From an uncultured candidate division Zixibacteria bacterium (lineage in GTDB: Bacteria > Zixibacteria > MSB-5A5 > UBA10806 > 4484-95), in contig CAXXKA010000008.1 in NCBI GenBank assembly GCA_963668625.2, forward strand, positions 1,088,001 to 1,152,000: 64,000 nucleotides of DNA, in the 5' to 3' direction. Positions within the stretch are counted from its first letter, which is position 1. Every line of letters starts with the position of its first letter. A program made the position numbers and the translations under genes. Shown in pieces: positions 38,244 through 47,595 of this stretch. The notes under the pieces were generated by a model. The model was not told where the DNA came from. It worked only from the letters and a program-made list of their open reading frames with translations, and searched no databases.

Positions 38244-39553
38244 TGGAAAAACTTTTGGAGATGGCCAAACAGGTTTGTGACAAAGCTGAGATTTACTCGA
38301 TAGAGTATTCGGACAATGCCGTCTCGTTCCAGGACGCTAAACTTCATGAGATTGAAAGCTCATACCAGTCGGGTATCAGCCTTCGGATTATCAAGGACGG
38401 CAAAGAGGGTTTCGCTTATACCCGTAATCTGATCGATCGCCAGGAGCTGCTGGATAATGCCAGGCTTTCGCTTGAAGGTGGTGTCGAGGCCGGTTATGAT
38501 TTCCCCTTGACGACCGAGATACCCCGGATTGATTCGTACGATAGTTCGCTGGAAAACCTGACCAACGCCGAGATCGTGGATGAGGGCAATCGCGTGTGTG
38601 ATTTGCTAAAATCCAAAACGGATACGGAAATTATGTTAAGCGGCATAAAACATCTGACCAAAGCCCGCTTGATAAATACCGCCGGTACCGATCTATCCGC
38701 CCGGAATAGTATTTACGGTATTTTTGGCGTGGCTGTTACTCCCGGATCCGGATCAGGTATACATCGCTTTTTCCAGAGCACGAAATACGAAAAGATGCCG
38801 GATAGCTATATCAACGAAATAGCCGAACTTTTCAATCATACTAAAAAAGAGGCCTCTTTCGGTGGCGGTAAAATGAAAGTGCTGTTTATGCCGAACAGCC
38901 AGATCGTTTTCAAATACCGTTTGCTAACCGGCATGAGCGCGAAAAGCCTTTACGAGGAAACTTCGCCTATTGCCGATAAAATAGATCGGCAGATTTTCTC
39001 CAGCAATTTGACTATATATGATGATCCGCTCGATGAAGCACATCCCGGCGCCGGCGCTTTCGATGATGAGGGGGTTGCCTCTAAACCGCTGACACTGGTC
39101 GAAAACGGCGTGTTCAAGAATTATTATTACGATTTAAAGTATGCCGCCAAGCTAAACGCTCAGTCTACCGGTCATGGCCATAAAACCTCGATGTGGGGCG
39201 GTGATGCTATCACGTTAAAACCGACCCCTGCGCTGAAACATCTGCGGATAAAACCCGGTGATAAAAACCTGACCGAGCTTATCCGATTGATAGACCGTGG
39301 AATAATCGTGGAGGGTTCGCTCGGTCCGCATAGCGGAAATATACCCAACGGCGATTACTCGGTTGGCGCGGTTCCCGGCCTGTATGTGGAAAATGGCGAG
39401 ATAGTCGGCCTCGCTAAAGATATTATGGCGGCCGGCAATATATATGAGACTCTCAACAATGTAATAGGCGTTGGGGATAAGCAATACGCCGCTTACGGTA
39501 CCTGGGTACCGCCGATACTGTGTGATGGTGTAAGCGTGGCCACCAAGATCTAA
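38243..39553 (+). CDS. pmbA: PmbA/TldE-family protein
   Basis: TGATG-coupled to tldD; FDDEGVAS, LVENG, GDYS; lacks HExxxH. Confidence 0.88.
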   Translation: MEKLLEMAKQVCDKAEIYSIEYSDNAVSFQDAKLHEIESSYQSGISLRIIKDGKEGFAYTRNLIDRQELLDNARLSLEGGVEAGYDFPLTTEIPRIDSYDSSLENLTNAEIVDEGNRVCDLLKSKTDTEIMLSGIKHLTKARLINTAGTDLSARNSIYGIFGVAVTPGSGSGIHRFFQSTKYEKMPDSYINEIAELFNHTKKEASFGGGKMKVLFMPNSQIVFKYRLLTGMSAKSLYEETSPIADKIDRQIFSSNLTIYDDPLDEAHPGAGAFDDEGVASKPLTLVENGVFKNYYYDLKYAAKLNAQSTGHGHKTSMWGGDAITLKPTPALKHLRIKPGDKNLTELIRLIDRGIIVEGSLGPHSGNIPNGDYSVGAVPGLYVENGEIVGLAKDIMAAGNIYETLNNVIGVGDKQYAAYGTWVPPILCDGVSVATKI

Positions 39554-39575
39554 ACTCGATTAATACATGATATTC

Positions 39576-39606
39576 GGCGCCGGTTGTTAAAATCGGCGCT
39601 TTTTTT
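39576..39606 (+). terminator. intrinsic terminator after tldD-pmbA
   Basis: GGCGCCGGTT/AATCGGCGCT stem followed by a T-run. Confidence 0.75.
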
Positions 39607-39607
39607 G

Positions 39608-39635
39608 TTGACAAATCGAATTAATGAAACATAAT
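39608..39635 (+). promoter_or_regulatory. sigma70 promoter of the rsgA leader
   Basis: TTGACA-N16-CATAAT. Confidence 0.65.
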
Positions 39636-39698
39636 AGGGGTGTCCCCGTAATGGTGGGTAAGCAAAGAGAACGTAGTTTGGAAAGGAGGCGTATTTTT

Positions 39699-39761
39699 AT
39701 GGAAGCGACATATTTTTATCTAGATGTTGAAGTGCGCCCCGGACTGGTGGCTGTAGGATAG
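39699..39761 (+). CDS. 20-aa leader peptide MEATYFYLDVEVRPGLVAVG
   Basis: Strong AAAGGAGG RBS, ATG 39699, TAG 39759-39761; lies between promoter and terminator upstream of rsgA. Confidence 0.75.
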   Translation: MEATYFYLDVEVRPGLVAVG

Positions 39762-39807
39762 GATACAGTTTTACCCGGCTTACTGAAAAAGCCGTTTTGA
39801 ATACATG

Positions 39808-39839
39808 ACCGCGGGCGTAATCAGTCCGCGGTTTTTTTT
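39808..39839 (+). terminator. attenuator terminator upstream of rsgA
   Basis: ACCGCGGGC-N7-GTCCGCGGT followed by a long T-run. Confidence 0.8.
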
Positions 39840-39917
39840 CGTTAAATCCGCGGTCAACATGTCGGCGGTTTTTTTATTTCCGATATTTAAATGTAAGATA
39901 AAAAGGAATTTAAGATA

Positions 39918-41024
39918 ATGAATTTGATAGATTTAGGCTGGACAGAATTTTTCGAAAAAGAATTCGAGAGTTTCAATGGGCGGGGATTCAAACCCCTGCG
40001 GATTATCAGGGAGCATAAAGAGTTGTATATGCTCGCGGGCGAATCGGGCGAGTATAGAGGAGAAATCACGGGCAAGTTTCGTTTCGAGGCCAAATCGCGG
40101 GCCGATTTCCCGGCTGTGGGAGATTGGGTTGTCGCTACTCCGTTCGAGAACGAGGCTAAAGCGATAATTCATGCCGTGCTGCCTCGTAAAAGCTGTTTTT
40201 CCAGACAGGCGGTACTGTCGGGAGGGCAGCCGGAAACCGGAGGTAAAACCGATGAGCAGGTGCTGGCAAGCAATATCGATACGGTGCTGATAGTGAACGG
40301 GCTCGATAACGATTACAGCTTGAGGCGGATGGAGCGATACTTGAGCGCTGCCTGGGATAGCGGAGCCAATCCGGTTATTGTTTTGAACAAGGCCGATATC
40401 TGCGAAAATATCGAGGCAAAAATAGCCGAGGTCGAGGCAATCACTTATGATACCCCCATCCACGCGATGAGCGCCGAGAAACAAAGCGGCCTGGAGCAAC
40501 TGGATCAATATATGGTAAGAGGCAATACGATAGTTTTGCTGGGCTCCTCGGGCGTGGGTAAATCAACTATAATCAACCAACTTCTGGGAGAACAGCGATT
40601 GAAAACTCAGGAAATAAGGCAATCCGACAGCAAAGGGCGTCACACGACGACCCACCGGGAGCTAGTGGTATTGCCCGAGGGGGGAATCGTTATCGATACG
40701 CCGGGCATGAGGTTGTTCAAGGTATGGGATGGCGATGAAGGACTGTCGCACACGTTCGGCGATATCCTGGAGTTGATGTCTCAATGCCGGTTCTCCGATT
40801 GTAAACATCGTAGCGAACCCGGCTGCGCCGTGAAAGCCGCCCTGGAGGAAGGCATACTGGATCAGAGGCGGTATGACAGTTATTTGAAACTTCAAAAAGA
40901 ACAAAACTTTTTAGAAAACAGAAAAAACGAAGCCGTTTTCAGAAAACAGCAACGCGATCTGGGTAAATATTACAAGAAAATTCTAAATGAACAAAATGAA
41001 TTAAGAAAGAAGAAACTTCGATAA
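39918..41024 (+). CDS. rsgA: ribosome small subunit-dependent GTPase A (long paralog type)
   Basis: PAVGDWV, LNKAD, GSSGVGKST, GRHTTT, IDTPGMR, C-x4-C-x-H-x5-C zinc site. Confidence 0.95.
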   Translation: MNLIDLGWTEFFEKEFESFNGRGFKPLRIIREHKELYMLAGESGEYRGEITGKFRFEAKSRADFPAVGDWVVATPFENEAKAIIHAVLPRKSCFSRQAVLSGGQPETGGKTDEQVLASNIDTVLIVNGLDNDYSLRRMERYLSAAWDSGANPVIVLNKADICENIEAKIAEVEAITYDTPIHAMSAEKQSGLEQLDQYMVRGNTIVLLGSSGVGKSTIINQLLGEQRLKTQEIRQSDSKGRHTTTHRELVVLPEGGIVIDTPGMRLFKVWDGDEGLSHTFGDILELMSQCRFSDCKHRSEPGCAVKAALEEGILDQRRYDSYLKLQKEQNFLENRKNEAVFRKQQRDLGKYYKKILNEQNELRKKKLR

Positions 41025-41037
41025 AGGCGGAACCGAT

Positions 41038-42033
41038 ATGCTCGAGGAAAGTGTAAAACTATTCGAAAACAACAGGGATGAAATATTAAGCCGGATATGC
41101 GTTCGCTTTGAAATCAAACCGGGGAGCTTGAGTAAATTGGGCTCTTTCGAAAGCTTAGTATACGAGTATCCCCGGGATGGTAAAGAGTATATCCTCAAAA
41201 TTACCCATAGCCTCCACAGGAGCGAGGATTTGATAATGGGAGAGCTGGACTGGGTCAACTACCTGGCGACCGCCGATCTTTCGGTCTGCGAATACTATCC
41301 CTCCGTTAACGGCAATTTGGTGGAAAGTATTACCGTGGGTGATTCCTCTTTTCATGGCTACATATGCGAGAAGGCTAAGGGTGAATTTACTAACGCGTCC
41401 AATTGGAATGAACGATTGTTCGAATCGTGGGGCGCGATGATCGGCAGAATGCACGGCGCTACCAAAAAGTACCGACCTTCACGGGAAAGCTACCGGCGGT
41501 TTCACTGGTATAATGATCCATCCATTAATATAGCCGATTGTCTTCCCGATGATCAGATTGCCGTGGTTGATAAAGCCGAAGAGTTAATCGAAAAGCTGAA
41601 AGAGCTGCCGACGGATTCGAATAACTATGGCTTGATACATAGCGATCTTCACACCGGAAATTTCGTAGCGCAGGATGGTGTATTAACGGCATTCGATTTC
41701 GATGATTGCCACTACGATTATTTCGCATTCGATATCATGATACCGCTGTATTACGCCATGCTCGATGAATCCATAGGCGACGATAATACCGAGTTTGCCG
41801 GTAAATTTTTCAAACATTTTATCAGCGGCTACCGGAGGGAAAATAAGGTCGAAAAATGGTGGTTGGAATATCTTCCGGATTTCATGAAACTTCGCGAGAT
41901 AGATTTATATTCCGTAATCCTTCGAGAGAATGCTCACGAAACTAACGACTGGTGTAGAAGATTTATGGCCGGCAAGAGGGAGCGGATAGAAAACGATATA
42001 CAGGTGATCGACATGGATTTTTCGGATTTCTAA
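41038..42033 (+). CDS. APH / type II homoserine kinase-family phosphotransferase
   Basis: ILKI, ELDWVNYL, GLIHSDLHTGNF (Brenner motif), FDFDD. Confidence 0.88.
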   Translation: MLEESVKLFENNRDEILSRICVRFEIKPGSLSKLGSFESLVYEYPRDGKEYILKITHSLHRSEDLIMGELDWVNYLATADLSVCEYYPSVNGNLVESITVGDSSFHGYICEKAKGEFTNASNWNERLFESWGAMIGRMHGATKKYRPSRESYRRFHWYNDPSINIADCLPDDQIAVVDKAEELIEKLKELPTDSNNYGLIHSDLHTGNFVAQDGVLTAFDFDDCHYDYFAFDIMIPLYYAMLDESIGDDNTEFAGKFFKHFISGYRRENKVEKWWLEYLPDFMKLREIDLYSVILRENAHETNDWCRRFMAGKRERIENDIQVIDMDFSDF

Positions 42034-42084
42034 AGAGTTTGGCTTTGAAAGTAACGCCCTTTATGCTAAAATATATACGGTGTT

Positions 42085-42591
42085 ATGAACGTACCTGAGT
42101 TTAAAATACGCGGCGCCTCACTCGATGACGAAAAAGCTGTCATGAAAGTATTCAACTATTTCGTCGAAAACAGTTACGCCGCCTATACCGAGCACTCCGA
42201 GGGTAAGGAGTTTTTCCGCCGCCTGTGGTATATCTCTCGCGGTTACCCGTTCTATGTGGCCGAAAATAAAGATGGAGAGATAGTCGGATTCGCCCTGGTA
42301 CATCCCTATTACGGCATTGGCGTTTTTCGGCGATCGGTACGGATCACCTATTTTATACTACCTCGTTACACCCGGATGGGCCTCGGTAAACGATTTCTCG
42401 ATCTTCTGACCGAAGCATGTCGGAAATCGAGTGTTGATAATATCATGGCCAGCGTCTCCAGCCGCAATCAGCAAAGTTTGGAGTTTCACAAGAAATATGG
42501 CTTTGTCGAATGCGGCCGTTTCAAGGATATCGGCCGTAAGTGGGGCAAAAGTTTCGATGAGATATGGCTGCAGCTAAAGGTGAAACCGTGA
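42085..42591 (+). CDS. GNAT acetyltransferase (Pat/YncA-like)
   Basis: YTRMGLGK acetyl-CoA motif; NQQSLEFHKKYGF.ECG....G.KWG..FD. Confidence 0.88.
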   Translation: MNVPEFKIRGASLDDEKAVMKVFNYFVENSYAAYTEHSEGKEFFRRLWYISRGYPFYVAENKDGEIVGFALVHPYYGIGVFRRSVRITYFILPRYTRMGLGKRFLDLLTEACRKSSVDNIMASVSSRNQQSLEFHKKYGFVECGRFKDIGRKWGKSFDEIWLQLKVKP

Positions 42592-43001
42592 GTATATTTT
42601 TATCCAATCAACTCCCCGATGAGTATGAATATTTCGAATTGTTCGAGACCACCGGTTGGAACGAGGATTACGGAGCCAATCCCGGGCAACTTCTGGAGGT
42701 AGTGAAGCGGAGCACTTATCATGTCTCGGCTTACGCTGGTAATCGACTGATTGGGTTTGGTAGGCTGTTATCGGATGGCCTTCTGCATGCGGTTATTTTC
42801 GATGTCATAATTCATCCTGATTACCGGGGACAGGGAACGGGTAAGGCTATCATGAATGATTTGATAGACAAATGCAGGCTGTGGAAAATCCGCGATATTC
42901 AATTATTTTGCGCGGTCGATAAGGTCGGTTTCTATGAAAAGTGCGGATTCGTTCCTCGTCCGGAAAACGGCCCTGGAATGGAGATTAAAATCAAGTATTA
43001 G
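42588..43001 (+). CDS. GNAT acetyltransferase
   Basis: LIGFGR.LSDG...IFDVIIHPDYRGQGTGK; FYEKCGF; GTG start overlaps upstream TGA. Confidence 0.88.
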   Translation: MSIFLSNQLPDEYEYFELFETTGWNEDYGANPGQLLEVVKRSTYHVSAYAGNRLIGFGRLLSDGLLHAVIFDVIIHPDYRGQGTGKAIMNDLIDKCRLWKIRDIQLFCAVDKVGFYEKCGFVPRPENGPGMEIKIKY

Positions 43002-43055
43002 AGAGATTTTCAATAAGTTATTGCAATTGATTAATCCGGAGATTATCTATTAGTA

Positions 43056-44606
43056 ATGCATAATGGCGAAACGATTTTCCAATGGTATTCTCTTCTGCCC
43101 CTGATCGGCATGTTCTTCATGTTGTCTCTTGCAGTCGTTTCACTCGTCTCCGGCCGCAAAGTTCTTCTCTGGAAAATGCTGGCTATTTTCGCGCTGCTTT
43201 TATCATTGACGGCTTTTTTCGCTTTTAAAGCAACTATTTCAACCAACGACTACGAACTTTATAAGTATGTTCGTTTCGCGCCTTTTTTTGCGGTGATGTC
43301 GGTTTTGTTCGCGGTTCATTACAGTATGCTTTTAACCGGTCAACCGAATCATATAGAGTTATTTTTCGGTCGGGCTTCCTTGAGGACATATATTTTTTTC
43401 GTAGTAATCCCACTGGGAGTTATTCTTGCCCTGGCCCTTCATAAAGGGCTGGTTTTATCGAGTGCGTACCTGACCGAACCAGGCGGCATTCGGATCGAGT
43501 ATGGCCCCCTGATAGCATTACCGCTTATAATTATCATAGGGGGATTCACGAAAATCATCATATCAATCAACAGGACTTACAGGTCATCGGTAGATAAATC
43601 TTTCCGTAAATTCCTGAGATTGAACCTGCTTGCTTTCAGGGTAACTTATGGCCCGGCTCTGGGGCTTTTTATAATTTTGCCTCTTTTCGGTATTCAGTCT
43701 CAGGTGTTTGCTTTTATCGCATTCCCCCTGGCGGTGGTTATATTCTATATCGCTATTGTCCGTTACCAGTTCGATATGGTGGATGATTTGAATCGCGGGC
43801 TCGAGAGGAAAGTCGAGGAACGTACGGCCCAGTTAAAACATGCGCAATCACGCCTGGTTCAAGCCGAAAAAATGGCCTCCCTGGGTACGCTGGCGGCGGG
43901 TGTTGCTCATGAGATAAACAATCCCATCGGCGCGGTTATCAGTATTCATGGCTCGCTGGTAAGCGCTATCGATAACCTGAAAAATTGCTTACCGCAAAAA
44001 AGGGATGACTCAGGATGCGAGAAACTCGAACAATCGCTTAAAATCATCGATGATGCCAACCGGGTGATTAACGATGGCTCCAGACGCGTGGCAGATATTG
44101 TCAGAACACTGAAAAGCTTTGCCCGTCTCGACCAGGCCGATCTGCAAAAAGCCGATATTCATATGGGTTTGGATGACACGATTAAACTAATCAGCCATCA
44201 GTTGAAAAACAGAATTACCATCGAGAAAAAATATTCCGATATCCCTGAAATTAACTGTTTCCCGGGACCTTTAAACCAGGTTTTTCTGAACATTCTCATA
44301 AACGCAATCCAGGCCATTGAAGGCGAGGGGAAGATCACTATTTCAACCTCAAAAGTCGGCGACCATATCCGGGTAGTTATCAGCGATACCGGTAAGGGAA
44401 TTTCCGCTGAAAACCTGAAAAAGATATTCGATCCGGGATACACGACTAAAGGCGTAGGCGTAGGCACCGGTTTGGGGCTTTCGATATGCTATCAGATTAT
44501 CGAGGATCATCAAGGAGAAATCAAAGTAGAAAGCGAGCCGGGCAAAGGCACGACATTCACGATTATCATTCCCGCAAATTTAAATACCGAAAATAACGGC
44601 CTGTAA
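43056..44606 (+). CDS. multi-TM sensor histidine kinase (NtrB-like)
   Basis: N-terminal TMs; EKMASLGTLAAGVAHEINNP; NQVFLNILINA; DTGKGI; GTGLGLSI. Confidence 0.92.
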   Translation: MHNGETIFQWYSLLPLIGMFFMLSLAVVSLVSGRKVLLWKMLAIFALLLSLTAFFAFKATISTNDYELYKYVRFAPFFAVMSVLFAVHYSMLLTGQPNHIELFFGRASLRTYIFFVVIPLGVILALALHKGLVLSSAYLTEPGGIRIEYGPLIALPLIIIIGGFTKIIISINRTYRSSVDKSFRKFLRLNLLAFRVTYGPALGLFIILPLFGIQSQVFAFIAFPLAVVIFYIAIVRYQFDMVDDLNRGLERKVEERTAQLKHAQSRLVQAEKMASLGTLAAGVAHEINNPIGAVISIHGSLVSAIDNLKNCLPQKRDDSGCEKLEQSLKIIDDANRVINDGSRRVADIVRTLKSFARLDQADLQKADIHMGLDDTIKLISHQLKNRITIEKKYSDIPEINCFPGPLNQVFLNILINAIQAIEGEGKITISTSKVGDHIRVVISDTGKGISAENLKKIFDPGYTTKGVGVGTGLGLSICYQIIEDHQGEIKVESEPGKGTTFTIIIPANLNTENNGL

Positions 44607-44637
44607 AAGAAAAAGACGGGCTGGGGGGCAGCCCGTC
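44606..44637 (-). terminator. intrinsic terminator between convergent genes
   Basis: GACGGGCTG/CAGCCCGTC stem with a T-run on the minus strand. Confidence 0.75.
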
Positions 44638-44675
44638 ATTGGGGTTATAGGCAACAGATACAGGTTAATGTCTTT

Positions 44676-45275
44676 TTAGTCGGCGATGGCATATTTCGAG
44701 AAGTGATGAATCTCGAAACTAGCGCTACCGTTCCTCAGGTTTTTGCCATCCACGGCAACCCAGTTTCTGTGATCCGGATTGTACCAGTAGAGGTACTCAC
44801 TGCTGCTACCGCTGTACTGATACGGTTGATGCAGGACAAGCGGTTCTTTAAACTCGGCGCCACCGGGCGTACACTCGTAATAGTACACCACTCCATCCGA
44901 CGTATACCACTTCTCTGCCCTTATGAAGATATAGAGCCTTTCGCCGAACTTGTTTTTATCAAAGGCGTTTTCAGGAACTGAAATCTTGATGGTTTTGCCA
45001 TCGATGACGAATGAGGTTACGCTTGCCGCACTGCTAATCTCGAAACCGTGGGCAACCTTGCTGATTGAATAGACATTCAATTCGCCTTTTGCCAGTCCGG
45101 GAGTTTTCGCGTTCAGCTCTTTAGCCAAATCTACGGATTGGATGGCCAATAAGTCAGTATTAGCAGGTTCGTTCGAGGTAATCTGATTGTCGGAACACGC
45201 AGTGAATAGTAATAGTGTAAATAAGATAATCGATATGCCCCTGAATTTCTTTAACAACCCTTTACCTTTCCTCAT
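44676..45275 (-). CDS. lipoprotein, possible ZU5-like beta domain
   Basis: Lipobox FTAC; ISVPENAF...TPGGAEFKEPL...LYWYNP...IHHFSKYAI. Confidence 0.65.
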   Translation of the reverse strand: MRKGKGLLKKFRGISIILFTLLLFTACSDNQITSNEPANTDLLAIQSVDLAKELNAKTPGLAKGELNVYSISKVAHGFEISSAASVTSFVIDGKTIKISVPENAFDKNKFGERLYIFIRAEKWYTSDGVVYYYECTPGGAEFKEPLVLHQPYQYSGSSSEYLYWYNPDHRNWVAVDGKNLRNGSASFEIHHFSKYAIAD

Positions 45276-45474
45276 ACTTCCTCCCTTCTTACTTGTCATT
45301 TTAGGTTCTTTATATACAAATAGCGTACCCTCGATAATAAAAAATAAGATGTTGATTCATAACATGTTATAAAAATGGGTCTGGAAACGTTATGGGGAAC
45401 ACGCAATAGGTTATAGGATAATTCCCATAATTTTTCAGCTAAATGGATTTGTTAAACTAAAAGAGTTAAGTTAA

Positions 45475-47595
45475 TCAGAGTTTACCGGCGCGGATTTTTT
45501 CATCCAATTGATAAGCGCCTTCCATCAGAATTGCATCATTGGAAAGTTGATTGTTGGGCGCGGGAAGTTGGCTCTCATCAACAGGTTCCACATGCCAGTT
45601 GCCATCGGTCCAGGTCATTCCCTCATAGATAGCCTCGGCGCCTGCTTTTTCGCCTAAACGGGCGTATATAATATTTCCTTTATCCAGGCAAACCTCAAGC
45701 TGCATATTCGGTTGCGCGTTGGGAGTGATTGTCAGCCGAGCGGTTTTTCGACCCGGTGAAAGGGCTTGCATCAAATCGATAAGGCTCATATCGGAAAGCC
45801 GGCCCCTGGCGCCCGATCCCTGGGAGTTATCCCCGGTTCGACCGGCTTGAACCTGGCTTATGATCTTTTTTATCTTCACTAGCAGTAAGTCATAATTGCC
45901 GTTAATGGTTATGACATCCTCAATGCCTCTATCGTAAACCGAGGCTAATTGGCTGGATATCTCTTTTTCCGCCAGTATAAATGTCGGTATCTTCTTGATA
46001 TTTATTTCGTTATGTTCCAGCTCATCGAGTATTGCGGTAATTTCCTCTGCCGTTTTCTTAAATGCCAGAAGTAATATATCGGGTGTACTGCGCTTAACCA
46101 GGCTAATTACCGATTCGACATCGCTTTCCGATAGTATGCGGTAACCCTCGTTTTTCAACCTCAATTCCAGAGGATACGAGTATTCCGGCAAGTTGGAGAA
46201 AATAAATACCTGGCCGACTCCGGCATTGGTATGGATATCCAGTATTTCCTCTTGCATCATGGCGATAAACGCCTCAACTACCTCGTTTAAGAACAGTTTA
46301 CCGGAAAGATCGCGGAGTTTCTTTTTTACCGTGTCCAGTTTTTCCAATGTCAGTTTCTGATCGAGTTGGATGTTTTCACAGAAAAGATCGACTATCGTAA
46401 TGATATTTCCACCGAGGCTTTCAATCGGCAGGCTATTAGAATATTCGGCAGTTAAATCCTGGTACATTGAATAGATTATACTCAGTATTACCGGTGGATA
46501 ATCGAGCGACTGTAATAGTTTGGCCGATAAGTCAATCTGTTCCTTGTAGTCTTTTTCACTGGTGTTGGGGTAGTAGTATTTGGCAATATCGTGAAGATAG
46601 GCGGCGTTGGTGATAACCATAGTATCCTCGACAGGTATGCCTAGTTTGCGGCAAAGCTTTTCGGTATATCGTCCGACCGTACCGCTATGATTGTCTGTCA
46701 GACCGTCTTTCGTGGAAAGAAGCGAGGTTAGAAGTGTCAGGTTACGATCGAGTATCAGGCCGGCGGTTTCGTATGACTTTTCGCTCAAGACCAAATCGGA
46801 TGATTTTGAGTATTTGATTATCCGTGTGCGAGGTGATTTCTTGCGAATTTTACTGAAAAAACCGGAGGCGCAATCGTACAGCGATTCCTTGATAATGACA
46901 GTTTTGTATTGATTCTCATCGACTAATTTTTGTGCCTGTTCGAGTGTTTCACATATCGTGGTTTTGTAATCATCCCTGGCAAGTATGGTTTGATATAAAG
47001 ACCCGGAGTATTCCTCATCGGTAATAAACAGGATTGTCTTGCTTTCGGTTTTTTCCAACGGCCTGTGGGATTCAACCTGGGTGGTTTCATCGGTGATATT
47101 CAAATCCGGAATATTGAGAGATAATTTCTCGTTAATATTGGTATTCTGGCCGTGAACATACTTCCTGATGGCGGTATCCAGGGCCAATTCGGCGGCTACG
47201 TATAATTTCACGAATTTGCCTTGTACCAGGTAATTGATATCATTAATCAATTGCTGATCGGTGGGATCCTCGCAGGCGATTTTTAAGGTGTTTGTCTTAT
47301 TATCATATTCGAACGGAACGATTTTGCGGGTCACGATTTGTTTGGCCGGTAACATCCCGATAACCTCCTCGGAGATTTCAAGATTGGAGAGGATGATACC
47401 ATCGCATTGAAGCTGATTGGCCAGGGCCTTAATCAGAGTAGCCTCATCGATGATCCGGTAATACATCAACTGCGAACCGAACCGTCCACCGTTAGCTTTC
47501 TGACGTAACAGGGCCTCGGTTACCTGTTCGGGGGTAACCAGTCCGTCTTCGAGGAGTATCTCATCCAGGCGTTTTCTTTTCGGAACCTGTGCCAT
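45475..47595 (-). CDS. MshEN/T2SSE_N, REC-like, degenerate HD, REC-like, DUF4388 signalling protein
   Basis: RLDEILLEDGLVTPEQVTEALLRQ MshEN motif; AAYLHDIAK; GRLSDMSLIDLMQAL...G.IIYA..G.KAGAEAIY..MTWTDG.W. Confidence 0.75.
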   Translation of the reverse strand: MAQVPKRKRLDEILLEDGLVTPEQVTEALLRQKANGGRFGSQLMYYRIIDEATLIKALANQLQCDGIILSNLEISEEVIGMLPAKQIVTRKIVPFEYDNKTNTLKIACEDPTDQQLINDINYLVQGKFVKLYVAAELALDTAIRKYVHGQNTNINEKLSLNIPDLNITDETTQVESHRPLEKTESKTILFITDEEYSGSLYQTILARDDYKTTICETLEQAQKLVDENQYKTVIIKESLYDCASGFFSKIRKKSPRTRIIKYSKSSDLVLSEKSYETAGLILDRNLTLLTSLLSTKDGLTDNHSGTVGRYTEKLCRKLGIPVEDTMVITNAAYLHDIAKYYYPNTSEKDYKEQIDLSAKLLQSLDYPPVILSIIYSMYQDLTAEYSNSLPIESLGGNIITIVDLFCENIQLDQKLTLEKLDTVKKKLRDLSGKLFLNEVVEAFIAMMQEEILDIHTNAGVGQVFIFSNLPEYSYPLELRLKNEGYRILSESDVESVISLVKRSTPDILLLAFKKTAEEITAILDELEHNEINIKKIPTFILAEKEISSQLASVYDRGIEDVITINGNYDLLLVKIKKIISQVQAGRTGDNSQGSGARGRLSDMSLIDLMQALSPGRKTARLTITPNAQPNMQLEVCLDKGNIIYARLGEKAGAEAIYEGMTWTDGNWHVEPVDESQLPAPNNQLSNDAILMEGAYQLDEKIRAGKL

